DNA of 22,615 nt from Armatimonadota bacterium. Lineage in GTDB: Bacteria > Armatimonadota > Hebobacteria > CAIYQO01. A model generated the notes under the pieces. The model was not told the DNA's origin, did no database searches, and was given only the letters and a program-made list of their open reading frames with translations. Position 1 is the first letter of the stretch; the number at the start of each line of letters is the position of its first letter. The position numbers and the translations under genes are program-made. The stretch is taken from positions 1 to 22,615 of the forward strand of contig JBBRXO010000043.1 of assembly GCA_038248345.1 (NCBI GenBank), written 5' to 3'. Below, piece by piece: positions 1 to 9,200 of the stretch.

Positions 1-639
1 GAAGGCGAAGATGTAATTGAGGCCATGGTGAAGGGGTTGAAAGAGAGCAAGGACGCGAAGGTGCGCCTGGCATGTATCCGTTACCTGTCGAAGTACCCGA
101 AAAAATTCCCCATTAGCGTGCTGGTGGGCGCGTTGAAGGATACAGATGCCCGCGTGCGCGAAGAGGTCGTTGGCGTTATTCCTACCATGTATGATGCCAA
201 AGCTTTCAACCCCATGTGCTCGCTATTGAAAGACCCAAATAGCAACGTATCGAATGCGGTGGTATTTGCGTTGACGCAGATTAATGACAGTCGTGCCAAG
301 CGCCCACTGGTAAATGAGTTGGACAATGATTCGCCATTTTTGCGCATAGAAGTCATCAAAGCACTGGCGAAGTTCAATGACAAAAAATTAATCCAATCGA
401 TCGCATCATTGGCGGGCAGAGAACAGGACATGGAGGTATTAGCAACAATACTTACCGTCTTCAAAACCTTCAATGACAAAACCACTCCAGATACCATCAT
501 AAGTCTAATAAAGCGTCTCCACGAACAGGAGCAGAAGATGGAGAAGGATGCCGCTGATACGCTTAAGGCACTGACCGGGAATGAGTATACGGGTGACCCG
601 AAGGATTGGAAACTGCCAGAAACTGCTAAAGTCATGTAG
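1..639 (+). CDS. HEAT/PBS-lyase repeat protein (5' partial)
   Basis: Frame open from base 1 to TAG at 637-639; repeated helical units (LKESKDAKVRLAC, LKDTDARVREEVV, LKDPNSNVSNAVV, LDNDSPFLRIEVI) typical of HEAT repeats. Confidence 0.85.
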   Translation, partial: EGEDVIEAMVKGLKESKDAKVRLACIRYLSKYPKKFPISVLVGALKDTDARVREEVVGVIPTMYDAKAFNPMCSLLKDPNSNVSNAVVFALTQINDSRAKRPLVNELDNDSPFLRIEVIKALAKFNDKKLIQSIASLAGREQDMEVLATILTVFKTFNDKTTPDTIISLIKRLHEQEQKMEKDAADTLKALTGNEYTGDPKDWKLPETAKVM

Positions 640-648
640 CACCCAGTT

Positions 649-683
649 CCCTTTCCGCCCGCAGCTTTGCGAGGCGGAAAGGG
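649..683 (+). repeat. GC-rich hairpin (REP-like or terminator stem) after the HEAT gene
   Basis: ccctttccgcc (649-659) pairs with ggcggaaaggg (673-683), with inner cgca/tgcg; no strong U-tract; followed by ttcgcgcttaggg. Confidence 0.6.
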
Positions 684-721
684 TTCGCGCTTAGGGCCGA
701 TCCAATCCCTTTGATTCCCCC

Positions 722-758
722 GGTGATATTCGGTACGCCGGATATCACCCGCTTTTTT
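722..758 (+). terminator. Rho-independent terminator
   Basis: 12-bp stem ggtgatattcgg/ccggatatcacc (one G-U), loop tacg, followed by cgctttttt. Confidence 0.75.
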
Positions 759-869
759 GTCTGAACCATGATGCGCATGAGTAGAGGATTAGTTCGAGGA
801 TAACGCCTCTGTTGTTGGATAGCGGTGTTTTATTTTGCACTGTTGGATATTGCAAAAACCAATTATTCT

Positions 870-930
870 GCTGGGGACTAAAGTCCCAGCTGCGGCGGAC
901 AAGTTGCGCCGGTCGTCCGCCTACGCGGAC
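870..930. repeat. REP-like double hairpin
   Basis: gctggggact-aa-agtcccagc (870-890), then gtccgc-ctac-gcggac (915-930); ggcggac (894-900) can pair alternatively with gtccgcc (915-921). Confidence 0.55.
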
Positions 931-1064
931 TCATTCCGCCCGAAGGAACAACAATTATTTAGACTCGCTGGCGCGAGGGATGTTCTATTTTCTGCGTGGG
1001 AACGAGTCTACAATTATGGTATTATTGGCAAAATGGCAGAAAATTACTGACGAGGAGCCAAGTC

Positions 1065-1172
1065 ATGAAGTTATCATTCAGTACGTTGGGGAGCCCGGTG
1101 TGGAGTTTCGGGCAGCTCATCGATGCGGCGGTGCAGTATGGCTACCAGGGTGTTGTTACTCGTAGATATTGA
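1065..1172 (+). pseudogene. Truncated sugar phosphate isomerase/epimerase (xylose-isomerase-like TIM barrel) N-terminal remnant
   Basis: SD gaggag at 1052-1057, then ATG 1065; translates MKLSFSTLGSPVWSFGQLIDAAVQYGYQGVVTRRY*, matching the family N-terminus (MKLSFSTLGCPxWsLxxixxxAxxyGydGvElR) but stopping after 35 codons. Not in the ORF track. Confidence 0.7.
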
Positions 1173-1198
1173 CAAAATGCTCCGATAAAGTATAGCAT
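1169..1198 (+). promoter_or_regulatory. Putative sigma70 promoter of the yceD-rpmF-plsX-fabH-recR operon
   Basis: Perfect TTGACA at 1169-1174, with TATAGC (16-nt spacer) or TAGCAT (18-nt spacer) as -10. Confidence 0.5.
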
Positions 1199-1275
1199 AC
1201 TAGTGGGCTGAGCGTTTTAGAGTGATCGCTCCGCCATATTTTTTGCCTGCTACGTGTTGGGAAAGGAGCGAGGTG

Positions 1276-1818
1276 ATGAAACTTAATTTGTCAGATATCG
1301 CTCGAGTGCCCGGCTCATCGGCCAGGTACAATTTTAACGAGACGCTGGCGGAAATTGAAGATATGCCGCTGCTGTCGCCGATTACGGGGCATATGGATGT
1401 ATCCTGTGTTGATGATGTGTTGCTGTTGCAGGGGGAAGTGATTGCGGAGCTGGAGATTCTTTGCTCACGGTGTGGCAGGCCGATAAGTTTGCCAATACGT
1501 GGACAGTTTTTCGAGGATTTCGTGATTCACCTGCCGAAATCGCATTTACAATCGCCGTTGGCTGATGAAAGCGATATCGCGCCGGAGGCCCGGTTATTTA
1601 ATGAAGGTACTCTTGACCTGAATCTGGAGGAGTTGTTGCGCCAGACGATCCTGGTGAACCTCCCGTTGAAGACGCTGTGTCGTGAGGACTGTAAGGGAGT
1701 TTGTCTGCAGTGTGGACACCGGCTCATAGATGGGCCGTGTGATTGTCCACCCGAGGCTGCGACAGGCAAGTTGGCGGAATTACAACGCCTGCTTGATGAA
1801 CGGCGTAACGCCGAATAA
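1276..1818 (+). CDS. yceD: YceD/DUF177 family protein (23S rRNA accumulation)
   Basis: CSRC and LC..DCKGVCLQCG..L..GPCDC motifs; canonical position before rpmF; SD aaggag/gaggtg before ATG 1276 (ORF-track start 1222 is probably too early). Confidence 0.9.
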   Translation: MKLNLSDIARVPGSSARYNFNETLAEIEDMPLLSPITGHMDVSCVDDVLLLQGEVIAELEILCSRCGRPISLPIRGQFFEDFVIHLPKSHLQSPLADESDIAPEARLFNEGTLDLNLEELLRQTILVNLPLKTLCREDCKGVCLQCGHRLIDGPCDCPPEAATGKLAELQRLLDERRNAE

Positions 1819-1857
1819 CCACATTTTACGTGGATATAATTGAACGAGGAGTAAATC

Positions 1858-2058
1858 GTGCCGAATCCGAAAAGACGACATTCATCCGCGCGTCGCGACA
1901 AGCGCCGGGCTAATTGGAAATTGGAATTACCAACAATCGTGAAGTGCGACAACCCCGCCTGCAACGGCGTGCATAAGCCACATTACGCGTGCCCATCCTG
2001 TGGTACGTACAATGGACGCCAGGTGCTGGCACCGCGCCACGCAGTAGCTGAAGCCTAA
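1858..2058 (+). CDS. rpmF: 50S ribosomal protein L32 (zinc-binding type)
   Basis: MPNPKRRHSSARRDKRRA...C-x4-C...PHYACPSCGTYNGRQV; SD gaggag; GTG start. Confidence 0.97.
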   Translation: MPNPKRRHSSARRDKRRANWKLELPTIVKCDNPACNGVHKPHYACPSCGTYNGRQVLAPRHAVAEA

Positions 2059-2062
2059 AACG

Positions 2063-3088
2063 GTGGACGAGCAGGATATCAACGACGCTCCCCCTATCAC
2101 TGTCGCTGTCGACGCGATGGGGGGTGATAAAGCGCCACTAGCAGTTATCGAAGGAGCCATTGCGGCTGCGAAAGCATTGCCCGGGGTCACCATTATCCTG
2201 GTCGGTGATGAGACAGTGATTTCGCCGTTGCTCCAGATCAAAGGGGCAATCCCGGCGAATATCAGTGTCCACCATGCCTCCCAGCAAGTGGATATGTGCG
2301 AGGCCCCGGCAGATGCTATCCGGCAGAAGCGGGACTCTAGTATTGCTGTCGGTATGCGTCTGGTACGCGATGGTAAAGCGCAGGCGATTATCTCCGCGGG
2401 TAACTCCGGGGCGATGATGGCGGGCGGGATGTTGATATTAAAAGCGCAGCAGGGGATTGATCGCCCGGCTATCGCTACGTTGATGCCGACGAAAAAGGGC
2501 CGCTGTATCCTGTTGGATGCGGGGGCCACTACCGATTGCAAGCCGTACAACTTGGTACAGTTCGCGCATTTGGGCGATAATTACGCTCGTGCGGTGCTGC
2601 AGGAGACGAGCCCGCGTATTGGTTTGGTCAGCATCGGTGAAGAGGCCGCCAAGGGCGACGACCTGACGAAAGAGACGCACCAGTTGCTGGCGGCGGACAA
2701 TACCTTGAACTTCATCGGTAACGTGGAGCCGAAAGAGATGTTCCGCGGTGAAGTTGATGTGCTGGTCTGTGATGGATTTGTCGGTAATCTGATATTGAAG
2801 ACCGGCGAAGGGATCGCAGAATATCTTCTTTCGTTGCTAAAGAGGGAATTCACTACTAATTGGCTAACTAAGCTAGCAGCGTATATTTTGAAACCTGCAT
2901 TTAAGCGTGCCATGAAAGTGGTAGATTATGCCGAGGTCGGCGGGGCGTTACTGCTGGGCGTAAATGGTGTAGTAATAATCGGCCATGGACGTTCTAACAG
3001 TCTGGCCATAGAGAATGCTATTCGCCTTGGGGCGGAGGCGGCCGTGAAGTATGCGGTTCAGGCCAGGAAAGCGAAAGTAATTGCTTGA
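2063..3088 (+). CDS. plsX: Phosphate acyltransferase PlsX
   Basis: AVDAMGGDKAP, SAGNSGA, IDRPAIA, DVLVCDGFVGN, GGALLLGVNGVVIIGHGRS motifs; follows rpmF. Confidence 0.97.
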   Translation: MDEQDINDAPPITVAVDAMGGDKAPLAVIEGAIAAAKALPGVTIILVGDETVISPLLQIKGAIPANISVHHASQQVDMCEAPADAIRQKRDSSIAVGMRLVRDGKAQAIISAGNSGAMMAGGMLILKAQQGIDRPAIATLMPTKKGRCILLDAGATTDCKPYNLVQFAHLGDNYARAVLQETSPRIGLVSIGEEAAKGDDLTKETHQLLAADNTLNFIGNVEPKEMFRGEVDVLVCDGFVGNLILKTGEGIAEYLLSLLKREFTTNWLTKLAAYILKPAFKRAMKVVDYAEVGGALLLGVNGVVIIGHGRSNSLAIENAIRLGAEAAVKYAVQARKAKVIA

Positions 3089-3125
3089 CGTAATGGAATC
3101 GTCAGGAAGAAAAGCGTGATTGTCG

Positions 3126-4115
3126 ATGAAAAATCCCGATAATGTCGGCATTGTTGCAATTGGCGGTTATGCGCCACCGAAGCTTCTAACTAATGGTGAT
3201 CTGGAGAAGATGGTCGACACTTCAGACGAGTGGATCGTCTCACGTAGTGGTATCTCCACGCGCCACATTGCCGAGTCAGAGGTCGCCACCTCGGATCTGG
3301 GGTTGCAGGCGGCGAAAATGGCGCTTGAACGCGCTGGCATGATGGCAGAGGAGATCGACCTGATCATCTTCGCCACGGTCACTCCTGATTACCCGCTCCC
3401 TTCAACTGCCTGTGTATTGCAACGTGAATTAGGCGCCTTCAATGCGGTTGCCTTCGATATTTCCGCCGCCTGTTCTGGCTTCATCTACTCGGTGTCGGTA
3501 GCCAGCGCCATGATTAATGACGGGCCTTACCGCAATGCGCTGGTGGTTGGCGCTGATTGTCTCTCCAAATTTATCGACTATACGGATCGCGGCACCTGCG
3601 TATTGCTGGGTGATGGCGCAGGCGCTGTTATACTGAAAAAAGTGCCCGCGGGACGCGGGTTGCTCACCAGCTATCTGCGTACGGATGGCCGCGGCGTTGA
3701 TGCGTTGATAATCCCCGGCGGCGGCTCACGCATGCCCGCCAGCACCGGGAGCCTGGAGAATAATGCGCACTTTATCAAAATGAACGGTAGTGAAGTCTTC
3801 AAGTTTGCCGTACGCGTACTGGAAGAAGCGGTACGGAGCGCGCTGGAGAATGCCGGTCTCACCACCGATGACGTAGCAATAATAGTACCCCACCAGGCAA
3901 ATATTCGCATAATTGACTCGGCGGCGAAACGGCTGCATATCCCGGCAGATCGCTGGGTGATCAACCTGCAGAAATATGGCAACACCAGCGCTGGTTCCAT
4001 CCCCCTGGCCTTGAATGAGGCCTTCGAGGATGGACGTCTGCATGAGGGTGATGTCGTGGTGCTCGCCGGTTTCGGTGGCGGCCTCACCTGGGGCGCCCTC
4101 GTCATGCGCTGGTAA
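3126..4115 (+). CDS. fabH: Beta-ketoacyl-ACP synthase III
   Basis: DTSDEWI..RSGI; catalytic AACSGF, PHQAN and YGNTS; GFGGGLTWG. Start is ATG 3126 or TTG 3120. Confidence 0.97.
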   Translation: MKNPDNVGIVAIGGYAPPKLLTNGDLEKMVDTSDEWIVSRSGISTRHIAESEVATSDLGLQAAKMALERAGMMAEEIDLIIFATVTPDYPLPSTACVLQRELGAFNAVAFDISAACSGFIYSVSVASAMINDGPYRNALVVGADCLSKFIDYTDRGTCVLLGDGAGAVILKKVPAGRGLLTSYLRTDGRGVDALIIPGGGSRMPASTGSLENNAHFIKMNGSEVFKFAVRVLEEAVRSALENAGLTTDDVAIIVPHQANIRIIDSAAKRLHIPADRWVINLQKYGNTSAGSIPLALNEAFEDGRLHEGDVVVLAGFGGGLTWGALVMRW

Positions 4116-4131
4116 AGGATAAGACGCCGAA

Positions 4132-4731
4132 ATGCAAAGCTATGTGCGCCCGTTGCAGAACCTCATGGAAGCCCTGGAGGGGTTGCCGGGAGTCGGTGCC
4201 AAATCGGCACAGCGGCTCGCGCTGTATCTTTTACGTACCTCCCCGGAAAAAGCAAATTTGCTGGCCAATGCCATCCTCAATGCCCGGGCGCAAGTTCGCC
4301 AGTGCGCTATCTGTTTTAATTTTTCGGATACCGAGCATTGCCCCATTTGCGCTGACCAGCGGCGTGACAGCTCCATGATCACGGTAGTATCCGATGTGCG
4401 CGACCTGATGGCGCTGGAGAACACCGGCGATTATCACGGCGGCTACCACGTATTGGATGGATTGCTCAGCCCGATGGAAGGTGTCGGCCCCGAACACCTG
4501 CATGTGCGCGAGCTACTAAGCCGGCTGGCAGACGATACTGTCCATGAGGTGATTCTCGCCACCAACCCCACGGTGGAAGGCGACGCTACCGCGCTCTATC
4601 TGGCCCGGCTCATCAAACCGCTTGGCATCCGCGTCTCCCGCATTGCCCTCGGCCTCCCCGTCGGCGGCGACCTCGACTACGCTGACCAACGCACCATCAT
4701 GCGCTCCATGGAGGGGCGCACGGAGATGTGA
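4132..4731 (+). CDS. recR: Recombination mediator RecR
   Basis: LPGVGAKSAQRLA HhH motif, C4 zinc finger CAIC..CPIC, EVILATNPTVEGDATA Toprim segment, RIALGLPVGGDLDYAD. Confidence 0.97.
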   Translation: MQSYVRPLQNLMEALEGLPGVGAKSAQRLALYLLRTSPEKANLLANAILNARAQVRQCAICFNFSDTEHCPICADQRRDSSMITVVSDVRDLMALENTGDYHGGYHVLDGLLSPMEGVGPEHLHVRELLSRLADDTVHEVILATNPTVEGDATALYLARLIKPLGIRVSRIALGLPVGGDLDYADQRTIMRSMEGRTEM

Positions 4732-4735
4732 AGTC

Positions 4736-5362
4736 TCAGCGCCACTCGATCAGCTCATCAATTCCTTTGCGCGGGCGTGGTGGTGGGGTTTCGTCGGGTT
4801 TGCCTACTGTTACGATGGCGGCCAGTTCTTCTCCGACCTTCAATTCCAGCGAGGCCTCCAGGTCTTTCCGCGCGAGGAGTGGGTCGGTCATCCAGCAGGT
4901 ACCCAGGCCTTTGCTGGTGGCAGCCAGTGTTAAATAACCGATCATGCCGCCGATGGACTGGTAATCAGGGTATGAGAACTGGTGTGCCGTCTCGTAGAAT
5001 TTCATGCCGCGTTCCACCAGTACTTTGTCCAATGCCGTGCGATACCCCTGGCTGATGATAAAGATGGCGGCCGGGGCGTTGGTGAAATGCAACCCATAAT
5101 CACGCCAGACCTGTATCTTCTGTGGTTGTCCCGCAAACTCCGGCCACTTTTCCATTTCGTTGATGCGTCGTTCTACCAGTCGCCCGAGCATCTTTAGCAG
5201 ATTTTTATCGGTTACTACGATAAAGCGCCACAATTGCCGATTGCTCACGCTGGGTGCCTTGGCAGCCATGGAGAGTATCGCACGGATTTCAGTAACTCTA
5301 ACTGAATCCGGTAAATATCTGCGTATTGAGCGCCGCTTTTCGATTGCCTCTTCGATCTCCAC
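4736..5362 (-). CDS. Nitroreductase family protein
   Basis: RRSIRRY, APSVSNRQLWRFIVV, LAATSKGLGTCWM, VGKP..PPPRPRK motifs; SD ggaaagga before GTG. Confidence 0.9.
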   Translation of the reverse strand: MEIEEAIEKRRSIRRYLPDSVRVTEIRAILSMAAKAPSVSNRQLWRFIVVTDKNLLKMLGRLVERRINEMEKWPEFAGQPQKIQVWRDYGLHFTNAPAAIFIISQGYRTALDKVLVERGMKFYETAHQFSYPDYQSIGGMIGYLTLAATSKGLGTCWMTDPLLARKDLEASLELKVGEELAAIVTVGKPDETPPPRPRKGIDELIEWR

Positions 5363-5460
5363 AGTGTTCCTTTCCTACCTCATGTGTTATGCTTATTATA
5401 ATACCGCTAATTGACGGTGTTGAGAAATAAATCAGCCAATTTAGATGAGATATTTGAAAA

Positions 5461-6201
5461 ATGAGCGTTTTTGTATCAATAATACCCGCAGATTGCGTCG
5501 GAAACACCATTGAGTTGCGCGGCGTACGCTATCACCACCTGGCGCGCGTATGCCGGGTGCGGGTGGGCGAGGAGCTGCGTGCCGCCCTGCCGGATGGCCG
5601 CGTATTACTTACTGCCGTGAGTGAGATTACCACCGAGGCGATAATCGCCAATGTCATCGGCGAAGGAGAGCGGCTGCCTGAGCAACGGTGCCGGATAACG
5701 CTGTGCCCAGCTGTGCTCAAGGGTGAAAAGATGGAACTAGTAGTGCAAAAGGCTACTGAATTGGGAGCCTATGCGATAGCGCCACTGTGGGCGGAGCGCT
5801 GCATCCCGCACTGGGACGCCAAACAGGGGAAGGAGCGCGCCGAGCGCTGGAGCCGCATTGCTGCCTCCGCTGCCGAACAGAGCGAGCGGGCGCTGCCGCC
5901 CACCGTCACTCCGCCGCGCGCATTGGCTGATTTTCTTGACGCTCCTGGTGTGCGCAATATCTTTCTGCTCCACGAGCGTGAAGGCCAGACCCTCACCCAG
6001 GTTGCGGCCGCTCATGCAGAAATTACCGAATTAGCGCTCCTCATCGGCCCCGAAGGCGGTTGGACGCCCGGCGAGACGGAGAAGATATTGGCCGCCGGAG
6101 CCACGCCATTGCACATCTCGCGGCAAGTCTTCCGTGCTGAGACAGCCTCGCTCGCCGCGTTGGTGGTGGCACAGGTCACCTGGGGCGGATGGGGAGAATA
6201 A
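5461..6201 (+). CDS. rsmE: 16S rRNA m3U1498 methyltransferase RsmE
   Basis: HHLARVCRV, KMELVVQKATELG, AAEQSER, IGPEGGW, FRAETA SPOUT motifs. Confidence 0.95.
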   Translation: MSVFVSIIPADCVGNTIELRGVRYHHLARVCRVRVGEELRAALPDGRVLLTAVSEITTEAIIANVIGEGERLPEQRCRITLCPAVLKGEKMELVVQKATELGAYAIAPLWAERCIPHWDAKQGKERAERWSRIAASAAEQSERALPPTVTPPRALADFLDAPGVRNIFLLHEREGQTLTQVAAAHAEITELALLIGPEGGWTPGETEKILAAGATPLHISRQVFRAETASLAALVVAQVTWGGWGE

Positions 6202-6203
6202 TT

Positions 6204-9200
6204 CTATTCAAATAGAATCACCTCATCATCTTTCATCTCGCCGGTAGGATCGAGCCAGGTGAGGAGAGTGGTCTTGGCTTCACCGAGGGTTAGCTGGCGT
6301 CCACGCAGGCGGGTTTCCAGCTCAGGCAACGGGCGGCTGCTGGTCGGTCGAGTTGGTTGCCGGAGCCAATGGATGGTTGCATCGTCGAGGGTAGCAAGCA
6401 GTTGTGCTGCGCCATCTTCCAGCCGCCAGGCGAGGAGCGCGTTGACCTGTGGGGCGATATATTGCGGGATATGGGGGATGCGTGATTTGACCTCATCCAC
6501 CCATTCGCTAGCTGATAATTGCGCTGCACAATGCTGCAATGCCGTCGCCACCTCCGCACTCACCTGCGCAGCAACCGGCATGGGGGTGGGGCTGTTTATC
6601 GGCAAACGGCAGCGGCTGCAGACCCCGGTGGTGGCGAAGTCGGTGAAGACCCCCGGACAATAGCCAGCCCGTGCCGTATCCAACACGGCGCTGGGTGCGC
6701 ACGCGTTAGTAGCCCAAGGGAGAACTGCCAGGCGTTTCACCGCCTGAAAACCTGCTGACTGGAATACTGCACGCAGTTCATTTACCACCGGTACGCCGAA
6801 GGTGGCCTCATGCCAGCAGTGATAGGCGTCGGCATAGTGCGCCCACAGCTTAGCTGAGTGAGCATCAATTTTTTCGATATTACCGAAGCATGCCTCACCG
6901 GTGGCCAATGTGGTACGTAGTTCTATGAGATCAGCGGCGCAAGCCAGTGATGCTGGTAATGCCAGCAACACGCGCAACTGCGCCGAATGCGTACCCCACC
7001 AGTCACCGGCGTGAAGTGCCGCATCCAGCTTGGCGATGAGCGTAGGATCATCCCTCAATATTTCGAGCTGTGCCGTGAAAGTGGTGGATTGACGTAGTTC
7101 GGTGAAGGTGGTGAGCTTGCGTTCCGTATTCGTCCATCCCCACGGCATCACACTGAGCATGGCAGACCAGTAATTTTGCTGCTGGCGGAAGGCGGGCAGT
7201 CGCTCATTAACAGATTTTACCCACTCACGTATAGCATTTTCTACGGTAATGCTGGGGGTGCCATCCGGGGTATTCCACTGTCCTGCCAGACGCGCCAGTA
7301 CCGGAGTGAAACGAGGGTCGATCTCCTCTGCTTGCGTGCAATAGATGATATCTTCCAGGCGCGCCTCCATGGGCGCTAGTTGCATCAGCGCATCCAATCC
7401 GCGTAGTGTCCCGCAGCGTATGGCGGCGAGGACGGCCAGCCTCCCCTGCTCGGAGGATAGCCCCAACGGCGGACGACCAAGCGCACGGGCGGCGTCCTCC
7501 AGCCGCTGCGGGGCATGTAGCACGGCGACATTTAACATCAGTTGAATATTGTCGGCAGGCGGCGTGAGCTGGGCGCGGTTGCCCGTGAAGCTGACGATCC
7601 CCAACGGGGCGGCGTAGCGCTCGAGATAATCGCCCAGCAGCGATTGTGGGGGTAACTCTACCGCACCGGGGGTGAGGAATTGGGCGATCATCGGCGCCAG
7701 CACCGTGCGCGGCGGCGGTGTCACTGCGCTCCCTGGATAATCGCAAAAAAGGGTATCGAACCCCGGCGCAAGCAGTTGCGCCAGCAACTCCTGCAGTTTC
7801 TCTGCCGGGCGTAATGCCGTCACTACGCCGCACGCCGTCTGCCACTGCCCTTCCAGGTATATCGCCCGGATACTGGCCGTCACTGCCGCCTGCAACTCCC
7901 CCGCTGCTTCCTGCGCTCGGGCACGGATGCGGCGTTCGCGCGTGGCGGCGGCGGGTAGCGGGTCATCAGCCGTCAGTCGCCAGGCGGTGTATTCACTCCA
8001 CAGCTCCCGTTCCGCACGGTGCGGGGGGCGTGGTATCCACCAGCATAGCACCCCGGCGTAGTTCGGCGGGCAATTTTTTGTGCAGATATCCGCCTCCGTT
8101 GCCCCCGGCCACCCCATGAATAGCTGGGCATCGCTGTTACCGGCCAGAAGCCCCTCGATGGCGCGGGCGGAATTTGCCGCGGTGAGGGTGGGGGAGAGTT
8201 CAATATTCACCGTGCGCGGTACGCCATTCCAGAGTACGGTCAGGCGATTTTCTGCTAGTGTCGCGAAGGGCCAGGCGGGATCTGTGCAGGCGGCGATGGC
8301 CGTCTCCAGCGGACGCGGATCATCGGGGGTAAAGGTCTGCCGCCGCTCCTCCATGTGTGCGCGCGCTTGCGCGCCGATGTCATCGTCTGCGGCGATGCTG
8401 AAGCGCTCGTTCGCCAGCTCGGCATCGCGTGTCACCGCCAGATACGGCGCATGGCGGCGCAGGTAGTGCAGGTTGGCTGATATATCAGCGATATCAGGTG
8501 CCGCTTCTCCGTTGAAGAGCAACGCGCGTAGCTCTGTCACCGTGACGCTGCTGTCGGCCAGCTGCATGATGGTCAGAAGTGACAATAATTCACGTGCTAA
8601 TGTCGGATCGGGGGCATCGGTCGCACAACCGAGCAAGTGCGTTAGGGCGGGCCAGAGGCGATACTCCCCGTGAAAGGTGCGCAAATCGTCGTCAATAAGT
8701 TGGTGCAGATCGAGTGCCGTGATGAATCGGGTGACGGGGCGCTCCAATAACGCTGTTTCCGGCAGGCGTTGTAATCCTTCAATCACCCCGCGATGCGGGG
8801 AGAGATGCGCATTGACCACCTTTACCAGCAATGATAGCGCTGCCGGGTGGAAGGGCCAGTGGCGCATGACCTCCTCAACGGCCATATTTAGTCCCAATGC
8901 CCGGGCAGTGGGTAGTAGCGACTCCACCACTATTGCTCGCGTGCCAGCAGCATCAGTTTGCTCAATGAGTTTGTTATGTGCCACGTCCACCAGTTGCTGT
9001 GGCGAGAGGGTGAAGCGGCGGAAGCGATCCTCCACCTGCCGCCAGGAATGTGTAGGCAAGGCTCCCGTGTCACCCAGGTGCCGTTGTGCCGCACCGATGA
9101 GGCGGCAAGGGGAGCGAGTGCACCAGCCAGCGAGGAACTGCAGGAAGGCGGCGTCCGCCTCGCGGGCCGTGGGTGACTTCCCGGCGAGAAATAGGCTGAG

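Noticed and set aside
812..1165. 117-aa and 71-aa ORFs in the first intergenic region
   Set aside because: They cross REP-like hairpins, lack an SD or recognisable motifs, and the real coding signal is in another frame (1065-1172).
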